From: Vicinamibacteria bacterium
Lineage (GTDB): Bacteria; Acidobacteriota; Vicinamibacteria; Marinacidobacterales; Marinacidobacteraceae
Direction of reading: 5' to 3'
Length of the DNA: 64,000 nt
Assembly (NCBI GenBank): GCA_963422395.1
Contig: OY729431.1
Coordinates: 1,184,001-1,248,000, forward strand
Shown: in pieces, positions 10,493 through 20,356 of the stretch
How positions within the stretch are numbered: position 1 is the stretch's first letter
Layout of the letters: each line of letters begins with the position of its first letter
Program-made: the position numbers and the translations under genes
The notes under the pieces: generated by a model
Told to the model about the DNA's origin: nothing
Database searches by the model: none
Seen by the model: only the letters and a program-made list of their open reading frames with translations

Positions 10493-11233
10493 TCATTCGC
10501 GCAGTGCCGAAGCGGTGACAACATCGGTTCCCGGAGGGATGGTGAAGGTGAACAGCGAGTCGTCCGGCGCCGGGCCGGTACGGTAGTCGCGGAATGCCAA
10601 GGTCGTGAGGTTGCCTTCGGGGTCTTCGGACTCGATCGTGAGGATCCGCCCGGTCTCCCCGTCCACACTGAGTCGGAGCGACTGGATCTCACCGCCCGTC
10701 CCGCGGGGGGTCAGCGACACCGTGCGATGGCCGACGCTTTCCTCGCCGACGGCGAACGCGTCGAAATGGTCGAGGATCGCTGCGCCTCCAGTGAGAAAGT
10801 CCAGCGGATTCACCGTGCTCTCGCCGGGAACCGCGGCAGCCGCAGCGTCGTCGCCGCCCGCGAAGGAACCCACGACCACCTGCTGATCGGCGGGAACATG
10901 GAACCAGGTGTTCGTCCCGTCGCTGACGAAGACCTTGGGCTCGGGCGTCTCGTAATCCCAGCGCATCCGGCCTGGCTGTTTCACGATGAGCCGGCCGGTC
11001 TCGATCCGGTCGCGCCCGAAGATCCGGGGGGAGAAGCGCTGCTCGAACCGGGCCTCGAAATGCGGCAGCGAACGGTGGTGGGCTTCGATCCGCTCGATCA
11101 GGGCGCGCGCACCGATCTCGGGCGCTGCTGGCTGCTCCGGAGCAGCGGGTACGGCGGCGGAGCTGCCGAGTGCCGCCAGCAAGCCTGGAAGAATGCCTGA
11201 AACGCTCGCAGGTTTCGAACAGGTCTGCCGCAT
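10493..11233 (-). CDS. lolA: Outer-membrane lipoprotein carrier protein
   Basis: ARFEQ, KQPGRMRWDYETPEPKVFVSDG, C-terminal LFTFTIPPGTDVV. Confidence 0.88.
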   Translation of the reverse strand: MRQTCSKPASVSGILPGLLAALGSSAAVPAAPEQPAAPEIGARALIERIEAHHRSLPHFEARFEQRFSPRIFGRDRIETGRLIVKQPGRMRWDYETPEPKVFVSDGTNTWFHVPADQQVVVGSFAGGDDAAAAAVPGESTVNPLDFLTGGAAILDHFDAFAVGEESVGHRTVSLTPRGTGGEIQSLRLSVDGETGRILTIESEDPEGNLTTLAFRDYRTGPAPDDSLFTFTIPPGTDVVTASALRE

Positions 11234-11273
11234 GCTGGCGAGTCCACCTCGGGAACCTCTCCTACTCCGGCGG

Positions 11274-11346
11274 TGGACGGCACGGGGCTCGAACCCGTGA
11301 CCTCGGCATTGCGAACGCCGCGCTCTCCCAGCTGAGCTAGCCGCCC
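11274..11346 (-). tRNA. tRNA-Ala(CGC), CCA not encoded (CCG)
   Basis: GGGCGGCTAGCTCAGCTGGGAGAGCG…TTCGCAA…GGTTCGAGCCCC…GCCGTCCA; G3:U70 Ala identity pair. Confidence 0.95.
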
Positions 11347-11372
11347 CCCGGCAGGAACGATCCGCCGAAATT

Positions 11373-11393
11373 CTAGCAGCCCGTGGATGAAGT
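11373..11393. repeat. Solo terminal inverted repeat of the MITE family
   Basis: CTAGCAGCCCGTGGATGAAGT matches the TIRs at 40846-40866 and 41003-41023. Confidence 0.65.
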
Positions 11394-11403
11394 CCCCCGG
11401 CGG

Positions 11404-12491
11404 TCATGGCGCCGCCGCGGTTCCCGCTTGCCGGATCGCGTGGTCGGCGAGGACCAGACAGGCCATCGCCTCGACGATGGGCACCGCCCGGGGGAGAACG
11501 CAGGGGTCATGGCGGCCGCGGGCTGCGAGCGTGACCTGTCGGCCTTCGGAGTCCAGGGTCCGCTGCGGCTTGCGGATGGTCGAGGTGGGCTTGAAGGCGA
11601 CTCGAAAGACGATCGGCATCCCCGTGGAGATTCCCCCGAGGACGCCTCCAGCGTGGTTCGTTTCCGTCTTCACCCTGCCGTCTTCCATCGTGAAGGCGTC
11701 GTTGTGCTGGCTGCCGAGGAGGCGGGTTCCGGCGAAACCGGAGCCGATCTCGAAACCCTTGCTCGCGTTGATGGCGAGCATCGCCTTGGCCAGATCGCTT
11801 TCGAGCTTGTCGAAGACCGGCTCTCCGAGACCTGCGGGGACCCTGCGCACCGAACAGCCGACGACGCCGCCCACCGAATCTCGATCTGCTTCATCGCGGC
11901 GATGAGTTCTGCGATCCGGGAAGCGGCTTCCTCGTCGGGGCAGCGGGTGGGGGTTCGCTCGACCGCGGCACGGGTGACCTGTCCCGGGTCCACTCGGGCT
12001 TCGAGGTCCCGGACCCGCTGCACCCAGGCGACGCATTCGGTGCCGAACCGCTCCCGAAGCAGGACGCGCGCCACCGCTCCGGCGGCCACATGAGCCACCG
12101 TGACCCGCGCCGACGCCCGCCCGCCCCCGTGTGGATCTCGGATTCCGTACTTCGCTTCGAAGGAGTAATCGGCGTGCCCGGGACGGTAGATGGTCTCGAT
12201 CTCCCGATATTCGGCGGGGCGGGCGTCGGTGTTCCGGACTACCATCGAGATGGGATGTCCGGTGGTCCGGCCGGCGAAAATTCCCGACTCGATCGCCACC
12301 CGGTCCGCTTCCATCCGGGGTGTGACGAGTGCACTCTGGCCCGGCCGGCGCCGGTCCAGATCCTCCTGGACGACGGCTTCGCTGATGGGCAGCTGCGACG
12401 GGCAGCCGTCCACCACCACCCCGATCGCCGGTCCGTGGGATTCGCCCCAGGTGGTGACCCGAAATGCCTGTCCGAGAGAGCTACCAGGCAT
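11404..12491 (-). CDS. aroC: Chorismate synthase, 1-nt frameshift near 11882 (error or pseudogene)
   Basis: N-half [28 protein letters not shown]; C-half in another frame [33 protein letters not shown]. Confidence 0.9.
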
Positions 12492-14592
12492 CGTCGGCTC
12501 GGCGCGCTTCCTCCGCTCTGCGGGCGGCCGCCACCATGGTTTCCAGCGGGGCCGACTTGCCGGTCCAGCGCTCGAATGCAGCCGCCGCCTGATGGATCAG
12601 CATCCGCAGGCCCGGCACGGTTTTCCTCCCGAGGCGGCGGGCGGTTTCGAGGAAGATCGTCTGCGGCGGCGAGAAGACCAGGTCGAAGACCACCTCGTGT
12701 CCCGCGATCGCCGCTTCCGGGGCCGGACAGCGATCCGCTGCGGGGGACATTCCCACCGGGGTCGCATTTACCAGGATGTCGCCGGCAAGACGCCCGAGCC
12801 GGGAGCGGGGGGCGTGCCGAGCGCCGAATTCCCCGGCGAGAGCCGCTGCCTTCCGCTCATCCCGCGAGACCACGAGGGCCTCCGCGCCGCGGCGAAGAAG
12901 GCCGTGGAGTACGGCGCGGGCGGCGCCGCCGGCGCCGAGTACGGTGGCGCGCCGGCCGGTGAGCGGCACCGTTTCCTCGAGCGCCCGCACCGCGCCGATC
13001 CAGTCGGTGTTCGCCCCGACGAGTCCGCCTTCCATCGGCAGGATGGTATTCACCGCGCCGATTCGCCGCGCGTCGGCATCGAGCCCATCGAGCAGCGGGA
13101 GAATCGCGCGTTTGTGCGGGATCGTCACATTCAGCCCCCGGACCCCGGTGAGCCGCGCGGCGATGAGGAAGTCAGCGAGCTCCCCGGGCGGCGCGTCGAA
13201 CGCCAGGTAGGCCCTATCGAGGTCCAACCGGCGGAACGCCGCTTCTTGCATCGGCGGACTCAGGCTGTGGGCGATCGGGCTGCCCACGACTCCATAGACC
13301 GGAACCGGTGCTCGGAGCCTCCGCCCCCAGCGGCGGTCGCGGTCGCGGATGGCTGCCGCGTCCAGCTGGCCCGGAGCCGTTGTGGGAAGGCCCGGCGGCG
13401 AGGCATAGCTTCCGATCGAGGCCCCGGCGCCCCGGGCGATCACCCGGAGCGCGGCCCCCGCCGGCCCGAGGGCGATCCCGACGATCGGTCTTCCGGCGGC
13501 GGCGCGGCGCCGGATCAGTGCGTGGATCCGGCGGACCTCGTTCTGCCCGCCGGCGGCGGCGATCTTGGTGATCGAGGGTTTCATCGCGGCCATCCGTTCG
13601 GGGAGTGTCTCCAGATCGTCGGGGACCGTGTCGAGGTCGTGCACCGAGGCGACCAGACGGACGCGGGGCGCCGCCTCCCGGAGCCGCCGGGAGATCGCGC
13701 CGCCGCTCTGCAGATCGGCTTCGTACTCGAGGTCCAGATATCCCGCGCCACGGTGCGCTGCTTCCAGGAGCAGCGAGATCCGCTGCTCTTCGCTGCCGCG
13801 AAAACGGCCCCCTTCCTCCCGGCGGCGTACGGTGACGATCAGGCGCGCGAGAAGGGATTCCGGCAGGCTTTCGAGAAGCTCGGCGAGTCCGGCGGCAGGA
13901 CTCTTCGGGGCGGGAATCCGGAGGGGATCGACGCGCAGCTCGATCAGGTCCTCCGGCCCGGCTTCCCGGGACGCCGCAGCGAGGCCGGCCTTCGCCTCCG
14001 ACGGAGTTTCGGCGGCAACCGAGAGTGCGAGCCGCGGCCCGAAATGAGCGGCGCGCAGATGCTCGGCCGCTTCGCCCGGACCGCTGCTCCAGATGTCGTA
14101 CCCCGCGGCTTCCCGGTAGAGCGGCGTCCGCCGTTCCAGTACGACCCCGGCCTCCTGCTCGGGGGCGGTCCCCGGAAGCGGCGGACGCGCGCGGCGGAGT
14201 GCTGGTCGGGAAAGGCGCTCCGCGAGCGTCGGAACCGGAGCGCGCATCCAGTACACCGTCCCGAGCGCTGCGAGACGCCGGATGTTCCCGGGCCGCTCCA
14301 CGATGCCGCCGCCGCAGTCCACCACGAGCTGCTCTCCGGAAATTGCTGCGAGAACCGCGCTCTCCTCGTTTCGGAACCGCTCCCAGCCATGGCGTTCCAC
14401 GAAAGCGGGGATCGGACCGAGACGCTCCTCGATCCGTTCGTCGGTGCTGACCCGCGTCCAGCCGGTGGCCTCGGCGAAGGCCCGTGAAGCCCGGCTCTTG
14501 CCGGAGGTACGGGCCCCGATGAGCACTACATTCGGATAGCGCGCCCCGCCGGGGAAGAGAGACGCCGGTGGCGGTGGCGCGGATTCGGTCAC
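12481..14592 (-). CDS. aroE: Trifunctional shikimate kinase / type I 3-dehydroquinase / shikimate dehydrogenase fusion (AroK-AroD-AroE)
   Basis: SK: [24 protein letters not shown]; DHQase I: [22 protein letters not shown]; SDH: [33 protein letters not shown]; single open frame, GTGA overlap with aroA. Confidence 0.88.
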   Translation of the reverse strand: MTESAPPPPASLFPGGARYPNVVLIGARTSGKSRASRAFAEATGWTRVSTDERIEERLGPIPAFVERHGWERFRNEESAVLAAISGEQLVVDCGGGIVERPGNIRRLAALGTVYWMRAPVPTLAERLSRPALRRARPPLPGTAPEQEAGVVLERRTPLYREAAGYDIWSSGPGEAAEHLRAAHFGPRLALSVAAETPSEAKAGLAAASREAGPEDLIELRVDPLRIPAPKSPAAGLAELLESLPESLLARLIVTVRRREEGGRFRGSEEQRISLLLEAAHRGAGYLDLEYEADLQSGGAISRRLREAAPRVRLVASVHDLDTVPDDLETLPERMAAMKPSITKIAAAGGQNEVRRIHALIRRRAAAGRPIVGIALGPAGAALRVIARGAGASIGSYASPPGLPTTAPGQLDAAAIRDRDRRWGRRLRAPVPVYGVVGSPIAHSLSPPMQEAAFRRLDLDRAYLAFDAPPGELADFLIAARLTGVRGLNVTIPHKRAILPLLDGLDADARRIGAVNTILPMEGGLVGANTDWIGAVRALEETVPLTGRRATVLGAGGAARAVLHGLLRRGAEALVVSRDERKAAALAGEFGARHAPRSRLGRLAGDILVNATPVGMSPAADRCPAPEAAIAGHEVVFDLVFSPPQTIFLETARRLGRKTVPGLRMLIHQAAAAFERWTGKSAPLETMVAAARRAEEARRADDAW

Positions 14593-15893
14593 GGCTCGGC
14601 AGCGGATCGACAGATCCGGCATCCGAGTCGGGAAAGCGCGCTCCAGAATCCGGGAAACGATTTCGCGACCACTTCGGGAGTCCCGATCCGCACTCCCGGG
14701 ACCCGAAGCCCGGGGAGCGCGAGCGCCATGGCGATTCGGTGGTCGCCCCGGGGATCCACGCTCCCCGGCCGGAGCGTCGAGGGGTGGATCGTGAGCCCGT
14801 CCGGGTGGGTGTCCACCCGGGCGCCGAGCGCCGCGAGCCCCTCGGCGAGCGCCGCGATCCGATCGCTCTCCTTGTGCCGCAGATGCGCGATTCCGCGGAT
14901 GCGGGTCGGGCTCGCGGCGAAGGGAGCGATCGCGGCGAGGGCGGGCGCGGCGTCGGGCAGGGAGCTCATGTCCACCGTGACCCCGCGCAGCGCTCCGGTG
15001 CCGGTGACGGTCGAGCGAAAGCCGTCCTCGCGTTCCTCCTCGGAGACTTCGCAGCCCATCTCCTCGAGGATTTTCGGAAAGCGCCGTTCCCCTTGCGGAG
15101 AAGCCGGATCGAGGCCCGAGACCGAGACTCTGCCCGGAGCGGCGGCTGCCGCGGCGAAGAAATTGCCGGCGGCGGTCCAGTCGCCCGACACCTGCCGGGA
15201 ACCCGGCGCGTAGCGTTCGCTGCCGCCGATCCGGAAACGCCGTCGGCCCTCCCGCTCGACGAAAACCCCGCAGCGGGCCATCACCGAAACCGTGAGATCG
15301 AGGTAGGAGCGGGAGACCGGTTCGTCGGCGAGTTCGACCACCAGCTCGCTCCGGGCGCGCGGCGCGGCGAGGAGCAGGGCGCTCGCGAACTGGCTGCTCT
15401 CTCGCGCGGCGACGCGGACCGTCCCGCCCCGGAGCTTCCCGGACCGCACGATGAGCGGCGCGAACCCGCTGCTCGTTTCCACCTCGGCGCCGAGTTCTGC
15501 GAGCGCCGTGACGAGTCCCGCGATGGGACGCTCGCCAATGCGGCCGCTCCCGAGGATTCGGACCGGATTCGGCACGGTGGCGGCCGCCGCGGTCGCAAAA
15601 CGAAGCAGGGTTCCCGACTCGCCCACCGAGACGGTGACGGGGTCGGACGACCGCCGCCGAGCCGCGCTGGGCCCTCGCACCCGCAGCTCGCCGGGAGAGT
15701 CGAGGATCGTCGCGCCGAGCGCCGCGTACGCGGAGACCGCCGCCTGGATGTCGTCGTTTTCCGGCGCGCCGGCGATCCGGCTTTCGCCGTCGGCGAAGGC
15801 TGCGGTGAACAGCAGCCGGTTCGCCTCGTACTTGCTGCCGGGTACGCGGAGCACCGCGTCCGGCGGCGACGGCCCCGGTGCGATCTCGATCAC
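14589..15893 (-). CDS. aroA: EPSP synthase
   Basis: VPGSK, GESGTLLRF, RPIAGL, SSQFASALL, LRHKESDRI, DHRIAMA, KSFPGFW. Confidence 0.95.
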   Translation of the reverse strand: MIEIAPGPSPPDAVLRVPGSKYEANRLLFTAAFADGESRIAGAPENDDIQAAVSAYAALGATILDSPGELRVRGPSAARRRSSDPVTVSVGESGTLLRFATAAAATVPNPVRILGSGRIGERPIAGLVTALAELGAEVETSSGFAPLIVRSGKLRGGTVRVAARESSQFASALLLAAPRARSELVVELADEPVSRSYLDLTVSVMARCGVFVEREGRRRFRIGGSERYAPGSRQVSGDWTAAGNFFAAAAAAPGRVSVSGLDPASPQGERRFPKILEEMGCEVSEEEREDGFRSTVTGTGALRGVTVDMSSLPDAAPALAAIAPFAASPTRIRGIAHLRHKESDRIAALAEGLAALGARVDTHPDGLTIHPSTLRPGSVDPRGDHRIAMALALPGLRVPGVRIGTPEVVAKSFPGFWSALSRLGCRICRSAAEP

Positions 15894-17056
15894 AGCCCGA
15901 TGGCCGAAAGCCCGGAATCCACCACTTCGGGAGAGAGGGGAAAGGAAACCGTGGTCCGTCCCCCGTTTTCCTCGCACCGGACGCGGCCGATGGCTTCGAG
16001 CAGCACGAAGCGGGCTTCGCCGCAGCGAGTCTTCTTGTCACTCGCGAGGGCGCTCAAGACCTGTTCGCGCGACGCTTCCGCCGGAGCTCTCCCCGGGAGT
16101 CCGGCGGCGGCGAGGAGCCGGCCGAGACGCTCTTCCTCGGAGGCGTCGAGAAATCCCGCGGTCCGCGCCATTCGGCTCTCCGCGATCATCCCGATCCCGA
16201 CCGCCATCCCGTGCGGAAGCCGGTATCCGGTGGCGTGCTCCAGGGCATGGCCGATGGTGTGTCCGAAATTGAGCACCTGCCGCAGGCCGCCTTCGCGTTC
16301 GTCGGCGGCTACCACTGCAGCCTTGATCCGCACGCTGGCGGCGACGAGACGGGCCAGCCCGCCGGGCTCGCGTCGGAGCAAGGTGGGCAGGTCCTGCTCG
16401 ATTTCGGCGAAGAGCCTGCCATCGCTGGTCGCTGCCATCTTGAACGCTTCGGCCAGCCCGTTCCGGAGCTCCCGGTCTGGCAGGGTCCCGAGCAGCGAGG
16501 TATCGGAGAGCACCGCCGCGGGCTGGCGGATGAGCCCGATCAGGTTCTTGCCGCGCGGAGTATCGACCCCGGTCTTGCCGCCCACCGATGCGTCCACTGC
16601 GGCGAGCAGCGTGGTCGGAACCGCGGCGAACGGCACGCCGCGGAGGTAGGTGGCGGCCACGAACCCCGCCAGGTCGAGGGCTACCCCGCCGCCGAAGCCG
16701 ACGATCACGCTGTCCCGTCCGAGACGGTGGGAAAGCAGTGCGTCCTCGAGACGCTCCTTCTGCGCTCTGGACTTGTGCTCTTCCCCCGCAGGGACTTCGA
16801 TCAGCGGCGCTCCCGGAGGCAGAGCGGCGCGGAACCGTTCGCCGTGGAAGCCGAGGGCTCCGGAATCGGCGATCCCCGCCGCCCGGTGCCCGGGGAAGAG
16901 TCCGGCGAGCAGCCCCGGGAGTTCGAGGAGGGCTTCCCCGCCGATGTGGACCTGGTACGAAGCGCGCTGTCCCGGCGTCTCTACCCCGACCGTGACCGCC
17001 GGTGGGGAAAGCGCCCCGCTATCCCGCGCCGCGGGTCTCGACCCGCCGACTTTCAA
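15890..17056 (-). CDS. aroB: 3-dehydroquinate synthase
   Basis: GEEHKS, GGGVALDLAGF, PTTLLAAVDASVGGKTG, KNLIG, LNFGHTIGHA. Confidence 0.95.
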   Translation of the reverse strand: MKVGGSRPAARDSGALSPPAVTVGVETPGQRASYQVHIGGEALLELPGLLAGLFPGHRAAGIADSGALGFHGERFRAALPPGAPLIEVPAGEEHKSRAQKERLEDALLSHRLGRDSVIVGFGGGVALDLAGFVAATYLRGVPFAAVPTTLLAAVDASVGGKTGVDTPRGKNLIGLIRQPAAVLSDTSLLGTLPDRELRNGLAEAFKMAATSDGRLFAEIEQDLPTLLRREPGGLARLVAASVRIKAAVVAADEREGGLRQVLNFGHTIGHALEHATGYRLPHGMAVGIGMIAESRMARTAGFLDASEEERLGRLLAAAGLPGRAPAEASREQVLSALASDKKTRCGEARFVLLEAIGRVRCEENGGRTTVSFPLSPEVVDSGLSAIGL

Positions 17057-17083
17057 CGAGGGCTGCCGAGAGTCATCGGAGAG

Positions 17084-18154
17084 TCAAATCCGCGAGGGCG
17101 GCTTCGCGGCCTCTCGGAACCCCGCCGTTCGGGAGCCCTCGGGCAGGACCCGTCGGTGGAGCGCGGCGCCGAGCCGTTTCAGGTCTCCCATCAGGTTGAC
17201 GAACTGGTGGGGATACAACGATTGGTCGCCGTCGCTCAGCGCGGCCGAGGGGTTGGGATGGACCTCGATGAGGAGTCCGTCTGCCCCTGCGGCCACCGCC
17301 GCGAGCGACAGCGCCGGGACGAGGGTCTTGTTGCCGGCGCTGTGGCTCGGGTCGGCGATCACCGGCAGGTGGGTCTCCTGCTTCAGCACCGCGATGGCGC
17401 CCACATCGAGGGTGTTGCGGTAGGCGGTCTCGAAGGAACGGATGCCGCGCTCGCAGAGGATCACTTGTTCGTTGCCCTGGAGGATGTACTCGGCGGCCAA
17501 CAGGAACTCGCGGATGGTGTTCGACATGCCCCGCTTCAAGATCACCGGGGCCGCGACGCGGCTCATTTCGCGGAGCAGATCGAAGTTCTGCATGTTCCGG
17601 GCTCCGATGCGAAGCACATCCACGAGCCCGGCGGCGGTCTCCACATCCCGCACATCCATGACCTCGGTCTCGACGAGCATCCCGGTCTGCTCCCGGATGC
17701 GGCTCAGGATGCGCAGCCCCTCGACCCCGAGCCCCTGGAAGGAATAGGGCGAAGTGCGCGGCTTGAAGGCCGAAGCGCGCATGATCTCGAGCCCGAGATC
17801 GCGCAGCATCCGCGCGGACTCCATGCCCTGCTCTTCGCTCTCGAGCGCACAGGGGCCGCCGAAGACGACCAGGTCCTCGCTGCCGAGTTGCTGGCTGCCG
17901 ATCTGGATCCGGGTGTTGGCCTTGCGATGGGTCTTGTTGGCGAGCCGGTACGGCTTGGCGAGCCCGTACACCTGCTGGACGCCGGGCTGGGTGCGCCAGA
18001 AAGCTTCGGTTTCCCCGGAGAGATCCCCCAGCACATGGATCTGGGCTCCCGTCTGGCTGCGGTAGATCGCGCGATCGAGGGCTCTTCGCTCGATCAGGCC
18101 GGTGAGGTGGGCGATGTCCTGGTCGGTGGCCCACGAGTTCAGGATGAGCACCAT
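17084..18154 (-). CDS. aroF: DAHP synthase (type I-beta) with N-terminal regulatory domain
   Basis: GPCALES, FKPRTSPYSFQGLG, IGARNMQNF, LKRG, CERGIRSFE, DPSHSAG. Confidence 0.93.
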   Translation of the reverse strand: MVLILNSWATDQDIAHLTGLIERRALDRAIYRSQTGAQIHVLGDLSGETEAFWRTQPGVQQVYGLAKPYRLANKTHRKANTRIQIGSQQLGSEDLVVFGGPCALESEEQGMESARMLRDLGLEIMRASAFKPRTSPYSFQGLGVEGLRILSRIREQTGMLVETEVMDVRDVETAAGLVDVLRIGARNMQNFDLLREMSRVAAPVILKRGMSNTIREFLLAAEYILQGNEQVILCERGIRSFETAYRNTLDVGAIAVLKQETHLPVIADPSHSAGNKTLVPALSLAAVAAGADGLLIEVHPNPSAALSDGDQSLYPHQFVNLMGDLKRLGAALHRRVLPEGSRTAGFREAAKPPSRI

Positions 18155-18180
18155 GGTGGCGGACTCTTGGGAGAGGGGAT

Positions 18181-18759
18181 TCACGGGATGTCCGGAGTGA
18201 GGTCGAGGAAGTTCTCCACGAGATGCCTGCCACAGCGGGTCAGGATGGATTCTGGGTGGAACTGGACGCCCCAGAGCGGGGCGCTTCGGTGCCGAAGGCC
18301 CATCACCTCGCCGTCGTCGTCGGAGCGGGCCGTCACCTCGAGTTCCGGCGGGAGCGGCTCGTCGGCGGCGAGCGAGTGATACCGGGTGGCGTCGAACGGA
18401 TTTTCGAGGTCGGCGAAGAGATCGCCTCCATTATGGCGCACCGGCGAGGTCTTGCCGTGGACGAGCTGGCGCGCTCGGCGGATCCGGCCGCCGAAGGCCC
18501 GCACCAGCGCCTGATGCCCGAGGCAGACGCCGAGGATCGGAGTGGTTCCGGCGAGGTCCCGGATCAGGTCCACGGAGATCCCGGCGGTGTCCGGCGTTCC
18601 GGGCCCCGGGGAGATCACGATCCGGCGGGGAGCGAGCTTGCGGACTCCGGTCGGAGTCAGAGTGTCGTTGCGGAAGACTCGGGGGGCGGCGCCCAGCTCG
18701 CCCAGCAGCTGCACCAGGTTGAAGGTGAAGGAGTCGTAGTTGTCGAGGACGAGGGTCAA
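18181..18759 (-). CDS. trpG: Anthranilate synthase component II (glutamine amidotransferase)
   Basis: DNYDSFTFNL, ISPGPG, GVCLGHQ, RYHSL, GVQFHPES; TTG start with GAGGT SD. Confidence 0.92.
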   Translation of the reverse strand: MTLVLDNYDSFTFNLVQLLGELGAAPRVFRNDTLTPTGVRKLAPRRIVISPGPGTPDTAGISVDLIRDLAGTTPILGVCLGHQALVRAFGGRIRRARQLVHGKTSPVRHNGGDLFADLENPFDATRYHSLAADEPLPPELEVTARSDDDGEVMGLRHRSAPLWGVQFHPESILTRCGRHLVENFLDLTPDIP

Positions 18760-18766
18760 CGGAACC

Positions 18767-20260
18767 TCACGAAAGGCCGGCATGCGCCATCCGGAGAGCG
18801 CTCAGCACGGCTTCTGCCTTCCGGCAGCTCTCTTCGTACTCGGCGGCCGGATCGGAGTCGGCGACCACTCCGCCGCCGGCCTGGAAATATCCGACGCCGT
18901 CCTTGGCGACCAGGGTGCGGATGGCGATCGCGGTGTCCGAAGCCCCGCTGTAGGAGAAATAGCCCACCGCTCCGCCGTACACCCCCCGGCGTTCCCTCTC
19001 GAGTTCCTCGATGATTTCCATCGCCCGAATCTTGGGGGCGCCGGAGAGCGTGCCGGCGGGAAAGGTGGCGCGCAACGAATCGAAAGCGTCGAGGTCGGGG
19101 CGGAGGCGTCCCAGCACGCGGGAGACGATGTGCATGACATGCGAATAGCGCTCGATGCCCATCAGATCCTCGACCTCGACCTCGCCGTAGCGAGAGACCC
19201 GGCCCACATCGTTGCGGGCGAGGTCCACCAGCATCACATGCTCGGCGCGCTCCTTTTCGTCGGCGAGGAGTTCCCTGGCGAGTGTGGCGTCTTCCTCGGG
19301 CGTCTGCCCGCGGGGGCGGGTGCCGGCGATCGGGCGGGTCTCGATGCGGTCTCCCTGGGTACGGGTCATCATCTCTGGCGAGGCACCCGCGACCACCAGC
19401 CCATCGAAATCGAGGTAGTACATGTAGGGCGACGGGTTCACCACCCGCAGCGCTCGGTAGAAGTCGAAGGGGTGCACGGTCAGCGGAGTCTCGAACCGCT
19501 GGGAGGGGACGACCTGGATGATGTCGCCGGCAGCCACGTACTCCTTCGCTCGGCGCACCATTTCGAGGTATGCCTCCCGGCTCACATTGGAACGCGGTTC
19601 GGGGAAGGGGCCGCGGTCCGCCGGCGCACCTCTTCGGGGTGCGGCGGGAAGCGGCGCCCGCAGCTCGGCGACCGCAGCGGCGATCCGGGCTTCGGCTTCA
19701 TCGTAGGCTGCGTCGGCGCGGTCCGGCGTCTCGACGACGGAGTTCGTGATGACTTGGATCACATTCCGCACCCGATCGAAGACCAGGACGGTGTCGGCGA
19801 GTAGAAACGCCGCGTCGGGGAGCCCGAGCGAATCGTCCACCGTCTCTGGCAGGCGTTCGAACTGGCGCGCGGCGTCGTAGGCGAGGTAGCCGACGAATCC
19901 GCCGGGAAATGGCGGCAGGCCGTCCACCGGCACCGGGGTGTAGCGGCGGAGCAGATCCCGCAGCGCCGAGAGGGGGTCTTCGCTGCGAAGCGCCTCGGTT
20001 TTCCCCTCCCGCAGGAAGCGGCAAGTCACGCGGGCGCCGCGGCCCTCGATGATCGCCTGCGGTTTCGATCCCAGGAACGAATAGCGGCCGACGGTCTCTC
20101 CACCCTCGACCGACTCCATCAGGAAGGCTGGCCCCCGGTTGCCGACTCGGAGGAAGGCAGAGACCGGAGTATCGCAATCCGCCAGGATTTCGCGGCGGAC
20201 CGGGATCAGGTTGCCCTGTCTGGCCAGCGCCCGGAAATCGGAACGAGAAGGGAGGAACAC
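18767..20260 (-). CDS. trpE: Anthranilate synthase component I
   Basis: LMESVEGG..GRYSF, GDIIQVVPS, NPSPYMY, SPE, KERAEHVMLVDLARND, PAGTLSGAPK. Confidence 0.93.
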   Translation of the reverse strand: MFLPSRSDFRALARQGNLIPVRREILADCDTPVSAFLRVGNRGPAFLMESVEGGETVGRYSFLGSKPQAIIEGRGARVTCRFLREGKTEALRSEDPLSALRDLLRRYTPVPVDGLPPFPGGFVGYLAYDAARQFERLPETVDDSLGLPDAAFLLADTVLVFDRVRNVIQVITNSVVETPDRADAAYDEAEARIAAAVAELRAPLPAAPRRGAPADRGPFPEPRSNVSREAYLEMVRRAKEYVAAGDIIQVVPSQRFETPLTVHPFDFYRALRVVNPSPYMYYLDFDGLVVAGASPEMMTRTQGDRIETRPIAGTRPRGQTPEEDATLARELLADEKERAEHVMLVDLARNDVGRVSRYGEVEVEDLMGIERYSHVMHIVSRVLGRLRPDLDAFDSLRATFPAGTLSGAPKIRAMEIIEELERERRGVYGGAVGYFSYSGASDTAIAIRTLVAKDGVGYFQAGGGVVADSDPAAEYEESCRKAEAVLSALRMAHAGLS

Positions 20261-20356
20261 GGAACCCTCCGGGCGGAGGGGCGCGGATTGTAGAGGGGCG
20301 GGCTTACGGACCGAGCGGTTCGAGCGGTTCGAGCGCTCCGAGAGCGGGGCGTCAGG

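Noticed and set aside
8773-10692. Apparent 1204-aa amidase with N-terminal extension
   Set aside because: The extension is an off-frame overlap of the secretin gene; the amidase starts at 8772 with a Tat-like signal.
11274-11346. Genomic island or prophage at tRNA-Ala or tRNA-Leu
   Set aside because: No integrase, phage genes or duplicated tRNA 3' end in the window.
14593-16041. Apparent 1186-aa ORF suggesting AroA fused to AroK-D-E
   Set aside because: The upstream part is out of frame with AroA, which has its own stop at 14589-14591.
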